The position numbers were made by a program, and so were the translations under genes. A DNA stretch of 64,000 nucleotides. Origin: Rebecca billardiae RCC1528. Its lineage: Eukaryota; Protista; Haptophyta. Location: positions 2,914,001 to 2,978,000 of the forward strand of contig OZ251226.1 in assembly GCA_965240325.2 (NCBI GenBank), written 5' to 3'. Positions 1 through 10,251 of the stretch are shown one piece after another; the stretch's first letter is position 1; every line of letters starts with the position of its first letter. The notes beneath the pieces were generated by a model, which worked only from the letters and a program-made list of their open reading frames with translations, was not told the DNA's origin and did no database searches.

Positions 1-582
1 CTGCGCGGTGCGCTTCCTGCCTGCTGTGTGGGCAGGCGCGAGCACGAGCTCCACGCCTGACTGATCGGTGAATTGCCTGGGGAGCCCATCGGCGGTGAAC
101 TGCCTGGGGACCCCATCGGCGGGCTTGAAGTGCACCTCAAGCATCACGGTGCGCGGGAGCGCGTCCGCAAACCCGGCGGGATAACGAACTGGGTAGCCGT
201 CAAACCAGTGCTCCGGGCAGTGCTCCGGCTTGCGTCGGTCGGCCTTGCAGGGGAAGGGTTCGCCAATTGCGCCGTGCGCGCGCTCGTCGTCGTCGCATGA
301 ACGGATGAGGATGTGGTGGATGTTCTTTGCGTTCCCGGGCGACGCGATGAGCCGAAATCGCCGCACGACGGGTGCTGGCTCGCCTGCGGGCACGACCATT
401 CTGAGGATGGTACACATGTACACGTCCTGCCCAGGTACCACCGTCATCTCGAACGGGCGAGGGGGCACGACACGAAGCATGGTGGTACCGCGCGTCGCCG
501 ATGCAACCAGCTCGCCCGGCGAGGCCATGACGGCCGCCAGCCAGCACGAGATCGTCGCGCCACCACCGATGCTCGCCGCCAT
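1..582 (-). CDS. Copper type II ascorbate-dependent monooxygenase (PHM/DBH-like), N-terminal domain; runs off the window start
   Basis: Manual translation from ATG 582 is open to base 1: MAASIGGG...GQDVYMCTIL...KNIHHILIRSC...RTVMLEVHF...FTDQSGVELVL. The D-x-Y-x-C, HH, LEVH[YF] and D-x-SG-x-x-L motifs match the Cu2_monooxygen N-terminal domain. Absent from the ORF track because there is no stop in the window. Confidence 0.8.
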   Translation of the reverse strand, partial: MAASIGGGATISCWLAAVMASPGELVASATRGTTMLRVVPPRPFEMTVVPGQDVYMCTILRMVVPAGEPAPVVRRFRLIASPGNAKNIHHILIRSCDDDERAHGAIGEPFPCKADRRKPEHCPEHWFDGYPVRYPAGFADALPRTVMLEVHFKPADGVPRQFTADGLPRQFTDQSGVELVLAPAHTAGRKRTAQ

Positions 583-623
583 GCTTCGGCTCGGGCGGCG
601 GCTGAAGGGCGGGCGGAAAAAGC

Positions 624-2228
624 ATGACTGCGCCACGCCAGAGCTCACGCCTGCTCTTGCCGGCGCTAAGTGCCGTCGCAATGCTGGGCAGCGCTGGTCT
701 CGAGCTCGCCGTGCCATGCCTACCGTCCATGAGACGCGCCTTTCACGCGTCGATCGCTGACGTGCAGCTGACCGTCGCCTCCTACGCCGCCAGCTTTTCG
801 CTCGGAACGCTGCTGGGCGGTTTCCTCGCAGACGGCTTGGGCGCGCGTCTCGTGCTGCTCTTTGGCGTCGGCAGCTTCTGTGTCGCGAGCGTCGCCCTCA
901 TCAGTGCGGAGCAACTTGGACACGTGATCGCCGTGCGCGCCGCTCAGGGCGGCGCGATCGGCATGGCGAGCGTCTGCACGCAGGTGCTCGCTGCCGCCTC
1001 GTACGTTGAGCCGACCGCGTTTGCGAGAGCCTCCGGTCGGTTGCAGGTGGCGCGGCAGGTGTCAAGCACGCTGTCTCCCGCGGTGGGCGCCTACCTTGAA
1101 GATTTCTTCGGCTGGCGTAGCACGAGCATCGGCATGCTGGCCGCAGGTCTAGCCGGGCTCGTGCTCTCCCTGCTCGCACCGCTTGGGAGCCCCGGCAGCG
1201 CGGATCGAGCAGACGACCGAGGCTGTGCGCAGCAGGAGACGGCGGAGGCGACCGCCATCGCTCCTCCTGAGCTGCTCGCATCGCTGGCACGGCGTGCGTT
1301 TGCAGGCTGTGCGCACGCGCGTCTGCTGCTCGCCAGCTCCCGCCTCACAGGCCTTGTTGGCGCAGAGGCTGCCTCCTTCAGTGCGCAGAACCTGATCTTT
1401 GTGACGGCGCCACACTTCCTGCGCGGGACTGCAGCGGGGCTCTCGACGGGCGAGTTCGCGCTGGCTTACGCTTTGATTGTCTTCGCCTCCGTGTCCGCGT
1501 CTGAGGCCTTCCACCGGCTGATGCGTGCAGGCTCGTCGCCGGTCGACAATGCGCTCCGGGGCGCGGCTGCACAGCTCTGCGGCGCGGCCGCGCTTCTAGC
1601 AGCGTCTTTTGCGCCAGCGGACGCCTCGCCGTGGCTCGCCATCATTGCGCCTGCGGCTCTGCTCTCTGCGGGCCGTGGTCTCGTGGCCGTGCACACTGCG
1701 ACTGCCGTGACCAACGCCGCCCCAGGCCTCACGGGCGCCGCCGTCGGCCTCATGTTCTGCATGCGAAACCTGACTTTGAGCGCAGTCATCGCGCTCACAG
1801 GTGCCACGTACACGCATGCGCCGCCCGATCGTGTGGCGACAGCGATGTCGGATGCGGCAGGGGCGGTCTCCAGGGCCGAGCGTCCCCCATTGTGGCCGCT
1901 GGCGTGCATTGTCGCCGCACTGGAGCTTTGCAGCCTGGCCGGCCTCGTTCGAGCTGCAGCTGGTCCGCCTGCAGCCACTGCTGCCGTTGGAACGGCGGAT
2001 GGGGATGCTGACGACGGGTTGGGCGAGGTAGACGTGCTCATTGGCCAGGCAGGCTGCGTGCTGCAACGACAAGCTGGGCACGCTCTGGCTGGCAGCTGCA
2101 AAGCCGGGTGCTGCGACCCCAACTACCGCGACCAGAAAACAGTCTACACCGTCATCAGCAGGCGAGCAGACGACGACTCCGACTCAGCAGAGTCAGACGA
2201 TGCTGATAGACAGATAGTCGTGGCCTGA
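624..2228 (+). CDS. MFS transporter, Bcr/CflA (DHA1) drug:H+ antiporter-like
   Basis: 534-aa ORF with many TM segments; 'P.LPSMRRAFHASIADVQLTVASY' and motif A 'GFLADGLGAR' are typical of DHA1/Bcr-CflA. Confidence 0.88.
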   Translation: MTAPRQSSRLLLPALSAVAMLGSAGLELAVPCLPSMRRAFHASIADVQLTVASYAASFSLGTLLGGFLADGLGARLVLLFGVGSFCVASVALISAEQLGHVIAVRAAQGGAIGMASVCTQVLAAASYVEPTAFARASGRLQVARQVSSTLSPAVGAYLEDFFGWRSTSIGMLAAGLAGLVLSLLAPLGSPGSADRADDRGCAQQETAEATAIAPPELLASLARRAFAGCAHARLLLASSRLTGLVGAEAASFSAQNLIFVTAPHFLRGTAAGLSTGEFALAYALIVFASVSASEAFHRLMRAGSSPVDNALRGAAAQLCGAAALLAASFAPADASPWLAIIAPAALLSAGRGLVAVHTATAVTNAAPGLTGAAVGLMFCMRNLTLSAVIALTGATYTHAPPDRVATAMSDAAGAVSRAERPPLWPLACIVAALELCSLAGLVRAAAGPPAATAAVGTADGDADDGLGEVDVLIGQAGCVLQRQAGHALAGSCKAGCCDPNYRDQKTVYTVISRRADDDSDSAESDDADRQIVVA

Positions 2229-2348
2229 CGACTGACGATGATATGTATATATATATATAGTAGTGTTATTCTGACGGATATAATTTTATTTGTGACCATC
2301 AGCTTGCGGCGCCAGAGTTGAACCCGCGCGCGTTCAGACTATTCGTAC

Positions 2349-2453
<105 letters not shown>

Positions 2454-4270
2454 CTATATCAGCTGCCTGAATCCCGGCAGGGGCCAGAGCCGCTGGATTA
2501 GCAGGCGAGTACGCGCCGGCCATTTACAATAAGTTATGATGCAAAACGACTCATTGACTGCCGTGCGGAGCGCCCTGGCGGACAGCTGAGCAGTGCAGTG
2601 CGCGATGCTGCCATCTGCGGCTCGCTCGACGCGTGTGGGCTGTGGCTCGCCGCGCCGCGCTGGCTGCATTCTGCACTCACTTTCCAGTTTGACGTCGCAG
2701 CACTTAATTTGTGGGGCAGTTCAGCCAGCAGATATTGCCCGCCCTCCAACTGGCGCACAACATCTCCCGCGCATCCGCGGCCTGCACGGGCGCCGCCGTC
2801 GCCGGGCGCATTCCGCGCGCAGGTGATGAGATGACGTCGCGCCCAGACTGTGCTCACACGCCCAAGGGGCGCGCGACCATGCCGAGGCGCCCGGCGGCGA
2901 CGACGCGGCGTCTACGGCGCTCTAGGTGGCGCACAAGTGGCACGCTCACGTCGTTGACGGATGGCGGACATGCTGATCAAGAGCTACTGTACGTAAGTAT
3001 CGATCTACGGTACGGCCAGATGGTGGCGGGCACTTCGAGGTGGCTGGCCAGGTGGTGCGGCACGTCCGTGCCTCTGGACGGGCATTGAGCCGTGGCGAGG
3101 TCGCCAAATCACGCGGCGTAGTCCCAGAGAAGGCTGCTACTATCCCTGACCAGCTTGCTGGCCATGCCGGTCGTTGATCACCCCGCCGTTGACAGGCGCG
3201 CACACGACCACGCGTAATCGCATGGCAGCCGTGCGGACGGCGGTCGCACGACTACCGCGCAGCCAACATTGATCGTCAGACTCACGACTTGCGGGGTCAG
3301 ACAGAACATTGATAGGTCTGCAGCCTCGCCTGGCATTCCCCAGAGGTCAGCACGGCCATCAGAAGGGTGATCCTGCCCGCTACTTGCCCATCCTTCCCAT
3401 GCGCAACCTCACGCGCGCCGGACACACGATGACGTGGACGTGGACGTGAGAGTGGTCGAAAAGTCGGAAGGGAAGCTGCCACTCACGCACACGCGCTCGT
3501 ACGGCGACGCCGACCGGCGAGTGCAACGCCCCCCTCTCCCGGACGTTGCACTCGCGCCTTGGCTTCGCGGTGGGAGGGCCATTCACGCCCGCCATTGGCT
3601 TTCCCTTCCGAAGTCCCCAAACTTCCCTGCGGTTAACTAAACTCCACCGGACACAGTGCGCGCAGGTGCGCCTCGAGGCGAGATGAGCACCAAGGCCCGT
3701 CACAGCGCCCGTCGCGCGCGCTTGACGGCGGCGGCTGAGATGGCCGGAGCGGCGGCGCGTTGCGCTCATCATCAGTCCACACGCGTAAGTGACATTCGGC
3801 GGGGCTGGCATGTGCCGCCTTTGGCCCTCCTCCGCCTGCTAGCACGGCTCGACTGCAACCGTCGCCAAAGCCAAGCGTTGCCCACTGAGTCTGCTTCTGC
3901 CCGCGACACGAGCTTGAATGGTGCCTTGAGCGTGCGCGCATATGAAGCGCATACACTGCCTCTCTCTTCAGATAGCGCGCGCCTGACTCCCGCAGCACAT
4001 CCTGTGCGATGACGCGATGGCGTAGGCGCCCGCCGGCCTGTTGTCGAAACGCATCCACTCGGCCAGTGAGCATGGGCGCAGAAGACGCCGGGAAGCCGAG
4101 ACATGAGCGCCGGAAGGGGTTCCGAGGTACTACCAGACCAGCCCACCTGGCGCGCCGTCGCATAGCCCTCGCCTACGCGCACGCGCACGACCAGGGCGAA
4201 GCTGCCCGCGCGGCGGACGGCCATTTCTTTTCAAATGTTTTCGCCGAGTCAGTGGGGAGCCGGCCCCCGA

Positions 4271-5941
4271 CGGCTTGGGGAGCAAACCCTCAGGATCGGG
4301 CGATGGCGACCAATCTGACACGCACCACGCGCGCTGCGCAGGCTGATGCGCGGCCCTCGCGGCGCGCACGCCCGCGCGCGCTGAGCGGATGGTACCGGGA
4401 GACATGGAAGATCATCCCCGTCCCTTCTCGCCCCGCACTTTCGCCTCTCTCCGCCGCGCAGGCCTGTTGCATTCCGCCCGGCCCGGCCCGGGCTGCGGCC
4501 GCGCCGTCTCGAGGCTGCGCGCGTGGCCCATCCAGGGCGAGTTTCGAGGCGCTCTCGAGCTTGGCACGTCGGGGCATATACATGGGCAACTGCTGCAAGC
4601 GCGCTCGCCTGTGCGCGCGGCGAGTCGCCGGCGCTGGGCGATCTACTGAAGGTGGTGCAGTGTCGCAACTCAGCTCGACAGCCGCCGCCATCCGCGTAGG
4701 GTTGCGTGCGCCCACTTACGGTCACGTCGGCGCGTCGAGATGCGCGCAGATTACGGCCTATAGATGCTGCTACGATCATATATATATAGTAGGCGGTAGT
4801 AGGCGGCGTCGATCGCGAGCGTGCGTGCGGTAGCCTGAGCTGAGGCGCGGGCCGGTGCGCCGCGGCCGCCACTGCGCCGGGGCCCGGGCCCGACCGGACC
4901 GGAGTCAGAGGCGGCCGCAGTCCGCAGACCAGGAGCTGACGGCGGCAGTCGTCGACGTCGACGGCGACGGGGCGGGCGCTTGTGCGCGAGGCTCGTCGTG
5001 GCCTGCAGCTCACTTCGTGCCGACGTGCGTGAGGATCGACTGGCTGCAAGCCTTGCTACAGGTTTGGGCGACATGCGTGCCCAAGCGACGTGCCGCCGCC
5101 GCCGGCCGAGGCGAGGCGGCGGCTGCGTGCGCCTGCGCGCGCTGCTCGAGCGCATGCGCCTTGGCCGGGAAGCTCGCGCCCATGCCTTAGAAGGCTGCGG
5201 CGATCGCGGCGAGATCCGGGCGCGCTCGGCGCGCAGAGCAGGCGCAGCTTGGCCGACCATCTTGCCGTGCGCGAGCAGGTGCTGCGCAACGGTGAGCACG
5301 TCGTCGGCGGTCATCCATGGCATCTGCGACAGCCACGGGCGACCGGAGGCATGCCGCGCCGCACGCTGAGCTTTGTTCAGCTGCCTGCGGTGCGTCTGGG
5401 CTTTGAGCAGCAGGTAGTGAGTCGGCGCCGTCAGTTCAGCGGCGCAGATGCGCACGCCTTTCAGGTTCCGGCCGTCCACAAAGCACGCGGGGCTGGAGAA
5501 GACGTGCGGGAACCAGCGCGGGGCGAAGATGGCAAAGAGCAGGCGGTCATGCGCCTGCGCTTGCCACGCGCACGGCAGTGCGGCCGCATTGTCCGACGTG
5601 AGCGCGAGCGCGTACACGTCGAGGTCGCCGGCCGATATGACGAGCACAGCGTCCCAATGCTCAGGGTCGCCGTTTTCGAGGAGGAGGTCGATCTGGGGCA
5701 GAGATGGCAGCGCGGCGCTCGCCTGGCCCTCGTCAGGCTGCGCGCTCATCCGCGCGGCAGCTTCGCGCAGCGTACCTCCCGCCGTCAGCGCCGCAGGGCA
5801 GCGGCGGCCACAACGCCGCCGAGCCGGAGGCTGGTGCCAACGGACTCGCCGAGTGCGTTGGCTGTCGACTGCGCCGTGACTCCCAGTGGGAGTCACGGCG
5901 CAGTCGGCTCGCCCGATCCTGAGGGTTTGCTCCCCAAGCCG
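4271..5941. repeat. 33-bp perfect inverted repeat pair (4271-4303 and 5909-5941)
   Basis: cggcttggggagcaaaccctcaggatcgggcga at 4271 and its exact reverse complement at 5909. Confidence 0.9.
4751..5749 (-). CDS. Hypothetical protein (3' end/splicing uncertain)
   Basis: Protein-like stretch from ATG 5749 (MSAQPDEGQ...DVLTVAQHLLAHGKM); the downstream part of the ORF looks like intron read-through. Confidence 0.45.
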   Translation of the reverse strand: MSAQPDEGQASAALPSLPQIDLLLENGDPEHWDAVLVISAGDLDVYALALTSDNAAALPCAWQAQAHDRLLFAIFAPRWFPHVFSSPACFVDGRNLKGVRICAAELTAPTHYLLLKAQTHRRQLNKAQRAARHASGRPWLSQMPWMTADDVLTVAQHLLAHGKMVGQAAPALRAERARISPRSPQPSKAWARASRPRRMRSSSARRRTQPPPRLGRRRRHVAWARMSPKPVARLAASRSSRTSARSELQATTSLAHKRPPRRRRRRRLPPSAPGLRTAAASDSGPVGPGPRRSGGRGAPARASAQATARTLAIDAAYYRLLYIYDRSSIYRP

Positions 5942-5983
5942 ACGGAGCTTGGCGTGCCCGTGCGGTGGGCTGGGACGGTGGAC

Positions 5984-6020
5984 CAAGGGGCTTACAAAGT
6001 GGTATTTTGTAAGCCCCTTG
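5984..6020. mobile_element. Putative P/Galileo-like transposon excision footprint (37 bp) with 7-bp TSD GGTGGAC
   Basis: GGTGGAC(5977-5983)-CAAGGGGCTTACAAA-gtggtat-TTTGTAAGCCCCTTG-GGTGGAC(6021-6027). Confidence 0.75.
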
Positions 6021-6216
6021 GGTGGACAAGTCAAGGCCGCGAACCCTGGCGGTATTAATCATCGAACGAAAGATGCATCTGGGGGTATGGGGGTAAAGAT
6101 TCCCTTTTTGCTGCTATCCGATCAGGGAGGCGACGCTGCGACGCACTCCGCACCGGCCCACCCGTGCGTCCGGGCACGGTGCCCGCGCCCAAAGACGCGC
6201 CTATTGGGCCCTCCGC

Positions 6217-7110
6217 ATGCGCGCCGCGGTGTGGGCATGCTGCGTGATCGTGACGTTCGTGGGGGTCACGGCGGGCGTGCTCTTCCCGACCGTGCTGTAC
6301 AGCAAGGATACAACGAGCACGCGCGGCGCGGGCTTCTGCGCAGTGTCCAAGGCCAAGTGGCCGCTCTGGTACGCGCTTACGCAGGGTATCCTTTTCGCTC
6401 TCACGCTCGCGCAGGCGACGCTGCTCCGCTGGTCTCCTGCGGCAGGCGCAACCTGCAGCTTGGAGGGGCACGCGGGATTTCTTTGGTCCATTCGCTTCGT
6501 GCGCACCCTGCATGATCCTCCTTCACTCGCCGCGTTCGTGGCGACGGCGGCCTTTGCACTCGTTGCTGGCGAGGCCATCGATGCGCTCGCCGTGCGTGGC
6601 GTGCATTGGTTGCATCGGGCGCACGTCGTGCGCAACCTGGCTCTCTACCTTGTCACGCTGACGCTTGACGCCGGCCTTTCGCACGCCACGAGCTGTGCCG
6701 AGCAGCAGCCTTGGGTGTCGGGGATGCCAATTCACGAGCAAGTGGGGGTGTTGGTCGACAAGTGGCTCAGCTTCCACCGGCCCGAGTTCTTCCTCGTGCG
6801 CGTGTCGCACGCGTTCACGTACCTTGATCTTCTCCTCCTCCTCTCGCAGCGCACCGGTCGTCAGTTTGCCAAGTGGCGCATCTTCGTCCTCGTCGTTCCC
6901 GACATTGTCGCCGACATCGCGCACTACGCCAGCTCGCCTTCAGCGGCCGCCGAACGCCTCGCGTTTGACGGCGCGGGGACCGACCTCTGCGCAGGTATGG
7001 ACCGGCGGCTTGTGCGTACAATCGTCAGCTATCCACTGAATTGGATCTTCCTTACCACGCCGCTTGGGCACCTGGACGCGTCCCCACTCACACAATCAGC
7101 TACGAAATGA
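6217..7110 (+). CDS. Hypothetical multi-pass membrane protein
   Basis: 297-aa ORF with several hydrophobic helices and coding-like composition; no family recognised. Confidence 0.7.
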   Translation: MRAAVWACCVIVTFVGVTAGVLFPTVLYSKDTTSTRGAGFCAVSKAKWPLWYALTQGILFALTLAQATLLRWSPAAGATCSLEGHAGFLWSIRFVRTLHDPPSLAAFVATAAFALVAGEAIDALAVRGVHWLHRAHVVRNLALYLVTLTLDAGLSHATSCAEQQPWVSGMPIHEQVGVLVDKWLSFHRPEFFLVRVSHAFTYLDLLLLLSQRTGRQFAKWRIFVLVVPDIVADIAHYASSPSAAAERLAFDGAGTDLCAGMDRRLVRTIVSYPLNWIFLTTPLGHLDASPLTQSATK

Positions 7111-7736
7111 CTCCATCACCCTGCAATTCCAGTGTCAATTGCTTCACTGAATTAACTGAGGCGTCTGATTTCATCATTCTAGGCGACGACTCTAAGCAGG
7201 CAGGCGCGAGGCGAGTAAGTTGTACGTATAGTACTATGCGCCTGTCACCAGCCTGTAGCTGAGCATTCGGTACCGCCGCTCTACGACACACCCGGCAACC
7301 GTCAGATAACTGAGCTACGGCGTTATATATATTCGTAAACCGTACTGCTAAATGACCCCATCACTGCTGCGCTATATCGTCAGCTATAAATCTGCAGTGC
7401 CTGCGAGTGCGCCGGTCTGCTGCCGCGACTTGGCCGGTCCGCGTCGCGGACCCGCGTTTCAGTTAGTAACAGTTTGATTGAATCGCATACTCAAACGCCG
7501 TTACGCTTATCCGGCTTCCGAGGCTCCGAGCAGCGCCGACTGACAGGCGGCCGCATCCGTCGGGACGGCAGGACCGAGTCCGAGCGGCATCGCCGTTTAA
7601 AGACGAAGATATGCAAGGATATATATACTAGTGATGCCGGTCAGGCCGTGGGTCGGGCGTGACTCTGAGGGCCGTCGCCTCCAGCAATTCAGTGCAATAA
7701 AGATCCGGTCCGCCTATCAAATGGGTCACAGTTGTG

Positions 7737-8702
7737 CTATATGTCGTCGTCAGCCTCCAATTTGCAAATGGATGAAACATTCCCTCCTGAAGGAGGCCGA
7801 GACATTGGATCCACGCACAGGGTGAAAAAAATGTAATTGGCGTACATGCCTGTGCTCTGCAGCGCCATCCAAATGTCTTGCTTCTGACGCCAGTCGCCGT
7901 CCTTGTCACGCTCCGACTCCTTGCACTGAACAACGACTGCATTCTTGTTTGCCACTCGCTTGAAGTGCGGTCCCCCTATCCACCTGTGCATGCACGGGAG
8001 GGGAGGGGGCGGCGGCTGGCTGAGTTCACGAGTGACAGAAAGGGTGGGGGAATCTGACGATGTGTGGCATATTGCACAAGAAAGAGAACCACATACGGTC
8101 TCAGTGTGCGGGAGCTGTGCTGCAAGCGGGCGGTCGACATTTCGCACGCACCAGTTGTTGCCTGCAACTGAGGTAGAGCCCTGACCGAGCACCACATCTG
8201 AGCACCGATAGCGGAATGCACGTGCGGCATCGACATAAAGTGTGAGATGGCCTGCGAAGAAGAAGTTCAGCTCGTCTGGGAAATGGGAATCTGCACCCAC
8301 ACCGAACGCCTCTCCGCCGTCAAGGGCCCTCTTGAACGCCTGGGCAACAGCCTCTGACTTCCAGCGGGTCGCGAGCACACTCAACCCAGGATCGAACGGC
8401 CCAACCTGGGGCTCATATTGCTCGACTCTCAGCGTTTCCATATCCAGCTCTTCGCCTTCAGTGACAGCCGATGGGCCGTGTGCTGTGAACTCCAGCCTGT
8501 AGATGCGATTGTCGTTCAACTCGCACGTGTAGAGGTAAACCTTGCACACCCGCAAGCGGACGCAGTTCCGGTCCCACTCCTCGAGGTGTGGAGGGCTTTG
8601 CGGCCCGATATCTCCCGCGGCGAGGAGCGTGTAAACAGCGGTCGCTGCGAACACGCTGCTGGCGGCGACAACGCCAACTCGGCGACGCCGGTCACTCCAC
8701 AT
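7737..8702 (-). CDS. Uncharacterised secreted/membrane-anchored protein with LNF...LGQG...NNWWIGG motif; 2 exons (in-frame intron 7984-8151)
   Basis: N-terminal hydrophobic segment. Removing the GTGCG...GCACAG intron (168 bp) joins NNW|WIGG. Confidence 0.65.
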   Translation of the reverse strand: MWSDRRRRVGVVAASSVFAATAVYTLLAAGDIGPQSPPHLEEWDRNCVRLRVCKVYLYTCELNDNRIYRLEFTAHGPSAVTEGEELDMETLRVEQYEPQVGPFDPGLSVLATRWKSEAVAQAFKRALDGGEAFGVGADSHFPDELNFFFAGHLTLYVDAARAFRYRCSDVVLGQGSTSVAGNNWCVRNVDRPLAAQLPHTETVCGSLSCAICHTSSDSPTLSVTRELSQPPPPPLPCMHRWIGGPHFKRVANKNAVVVQCKESERDKDGDWRQKQDIWMALQSTGMYANYIFFTLCVDPMSRPPSGGNVSSICKLEADDDI

Positions 8703-8859
8703 GCTGGAGAGCCGTGCGGCCGCCCGGGCCGCCGGGCGTCGTCACTCGCGGATCGAACCGGCGCGATGGCGCCGTACCTTTCCGTAACCACCGCCATCGA
8801 TCGAATGGCGCTGTAACGGCCGACGGGGTTCGCTCTACTCCGGCTCCGCGCCCCCCTCT

Positions 8860-9342
8860 GGGCTCTGGCGCGCGAGCGACTAGTCACTAGTGGCCGATGA
8901 GCCGTAGTTTGGCGCTCCGTGCACCAACAAAGACACCCCCAGCCGCATGTTGCCCCTCGACACCTCGTCTCGCTTCGCGCGGAGCCAACTTGTGGTGTTC
9001 GGGAGCCGCCGGAAGCACACTGGGCTGTGTAGCGAGGCGCGTGGCGGGTCAACAGTGCATCGCGAAGGCGTCGCACGCGCAATCCGTTGAGTACATATGC
9101 ATGCCTGTCCCATGGCGTGGCATGCACCGACGTGTGTTCCGAAGCCATCCCGACTCGCGACGCGCTGCGCGGCTGCACAGTCTTTGCTTCGGGTGGCTCT
9201 CGCACACCACGAGTTGGCTCCGCGCGAAGCGAGACGGGGTGTCGAGGAGCAACATGCGGCGGGAGATGTCTTTGTTGGTGCTCGAAACGCCAAACTACGG
9301 CTCCTCGGCTACTAGTGACTAGCCGCTCGCGCGCCAGAGCCC
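8860..9342. mobile_element. Degenerate foldback/MITE-like inverted repeat (arms about 8860-9050 and 9150-9342)
   Basis: gggctctggcgcgcgagcgactagtcactagt... is mirrored by ...actagtgactagccgctcgcgcgccagagccc with scattered mismatches; no clear TSD. Confidence 0.75.
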
Positions 9343-10180
9343 GCGAGAGGGACGGGTAGCCAGAATCACCGGGTTGCCACTGTGGTTTCCATCGCGCCCC
9401 TCGCAGAGCGAGGGGCCGACCCGGGTTGCTCGACGGTTACAGTACGGGAGATTAGATGCACCTGCTTTATAACGCTACTACAGGTACCATGGGGGTACTT
9501 ATTGCACACTCGCTACTGTACAGTTTACTAAGAATAAGAGACGCACACAGCTCAGGCAGGCGAGATTGACGCACAGTAGCTTACCGGAGCTGCGTATGTG
9601 CGATAACCCGCTGTGTACAGTGCGCGTCTCTTGTGGACTGTATTCGCCGACTACGTCAGTAACTAGTGGTATCATTAATCTAGGCAACAGTAGTGTTTTA
9701 TTGACGACGGGCCGTCCCACTGCGCCGAGGGTACGATCCCGCCACGGCGTGAGACTACGGCTCAGGGAGTCGCGCGGAGCCACGGTGGGCGGCTCAGTGA
9801 GCCAGCGCCCGACAGCGCGCCGCGCGGGCGGGCGGGGTCAGTGAGTGACTACCGCGATCGGCGACGAGTGACACTGCCCACGACGATCGAGTCCCGAGAG
9901 CCCGACTCGCCACTCGGCTGCCTGACTCAGCGCGGCCGGCACGGTGATGGGCATATGAGTCGCCAGGGCCCGCGCGCTGATCGGCCTGAGTGAGGGCTGC
10001 TAATAAGGCTCTGAGACTCAGACTGGCGGCGCCTGGCGGCCCTACACGGGCTACAGTAACAGTACAGTATAGTCAGTGTCTGACAGTACCCGCTACCGCC
10101 TACGCCGTACCGCGCCTACGCGACGTCCGGGCAGAGTCTATAAGTATAACGACCGCATTCATTATTTAGTTAGTATACGC

Positions 10181-10212
10181 ACATACACACACACATATAT
10201 ATACATACTACA

Positions 10213-10249
<37 letters not shown>
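10181..10249. repeat. Mixed (CA)n/(TA)n microsatellite
   Basis: Direct reading. Confidence 0.9.

Positions 10250-10251
<2 letters not shown>

Noticed and set aside
2500-4250. Short ORF fragments with possible splice sites
   Set aside because: I could not assemble a coherent gene or recognise a domain; this may be a decayed gene.
4276-4297. TGGGGAGCAAAC...AGGAT resembling a conserved 16S rRNA segment
   Set aside because: Only about 12 bp match and the flanks show no rRNA similarity.
8321-8334. CAAGGGCCCTCTTG resembling a footprint
   Set aside because: No flanking direct repeat, and it lies inside a CDS.
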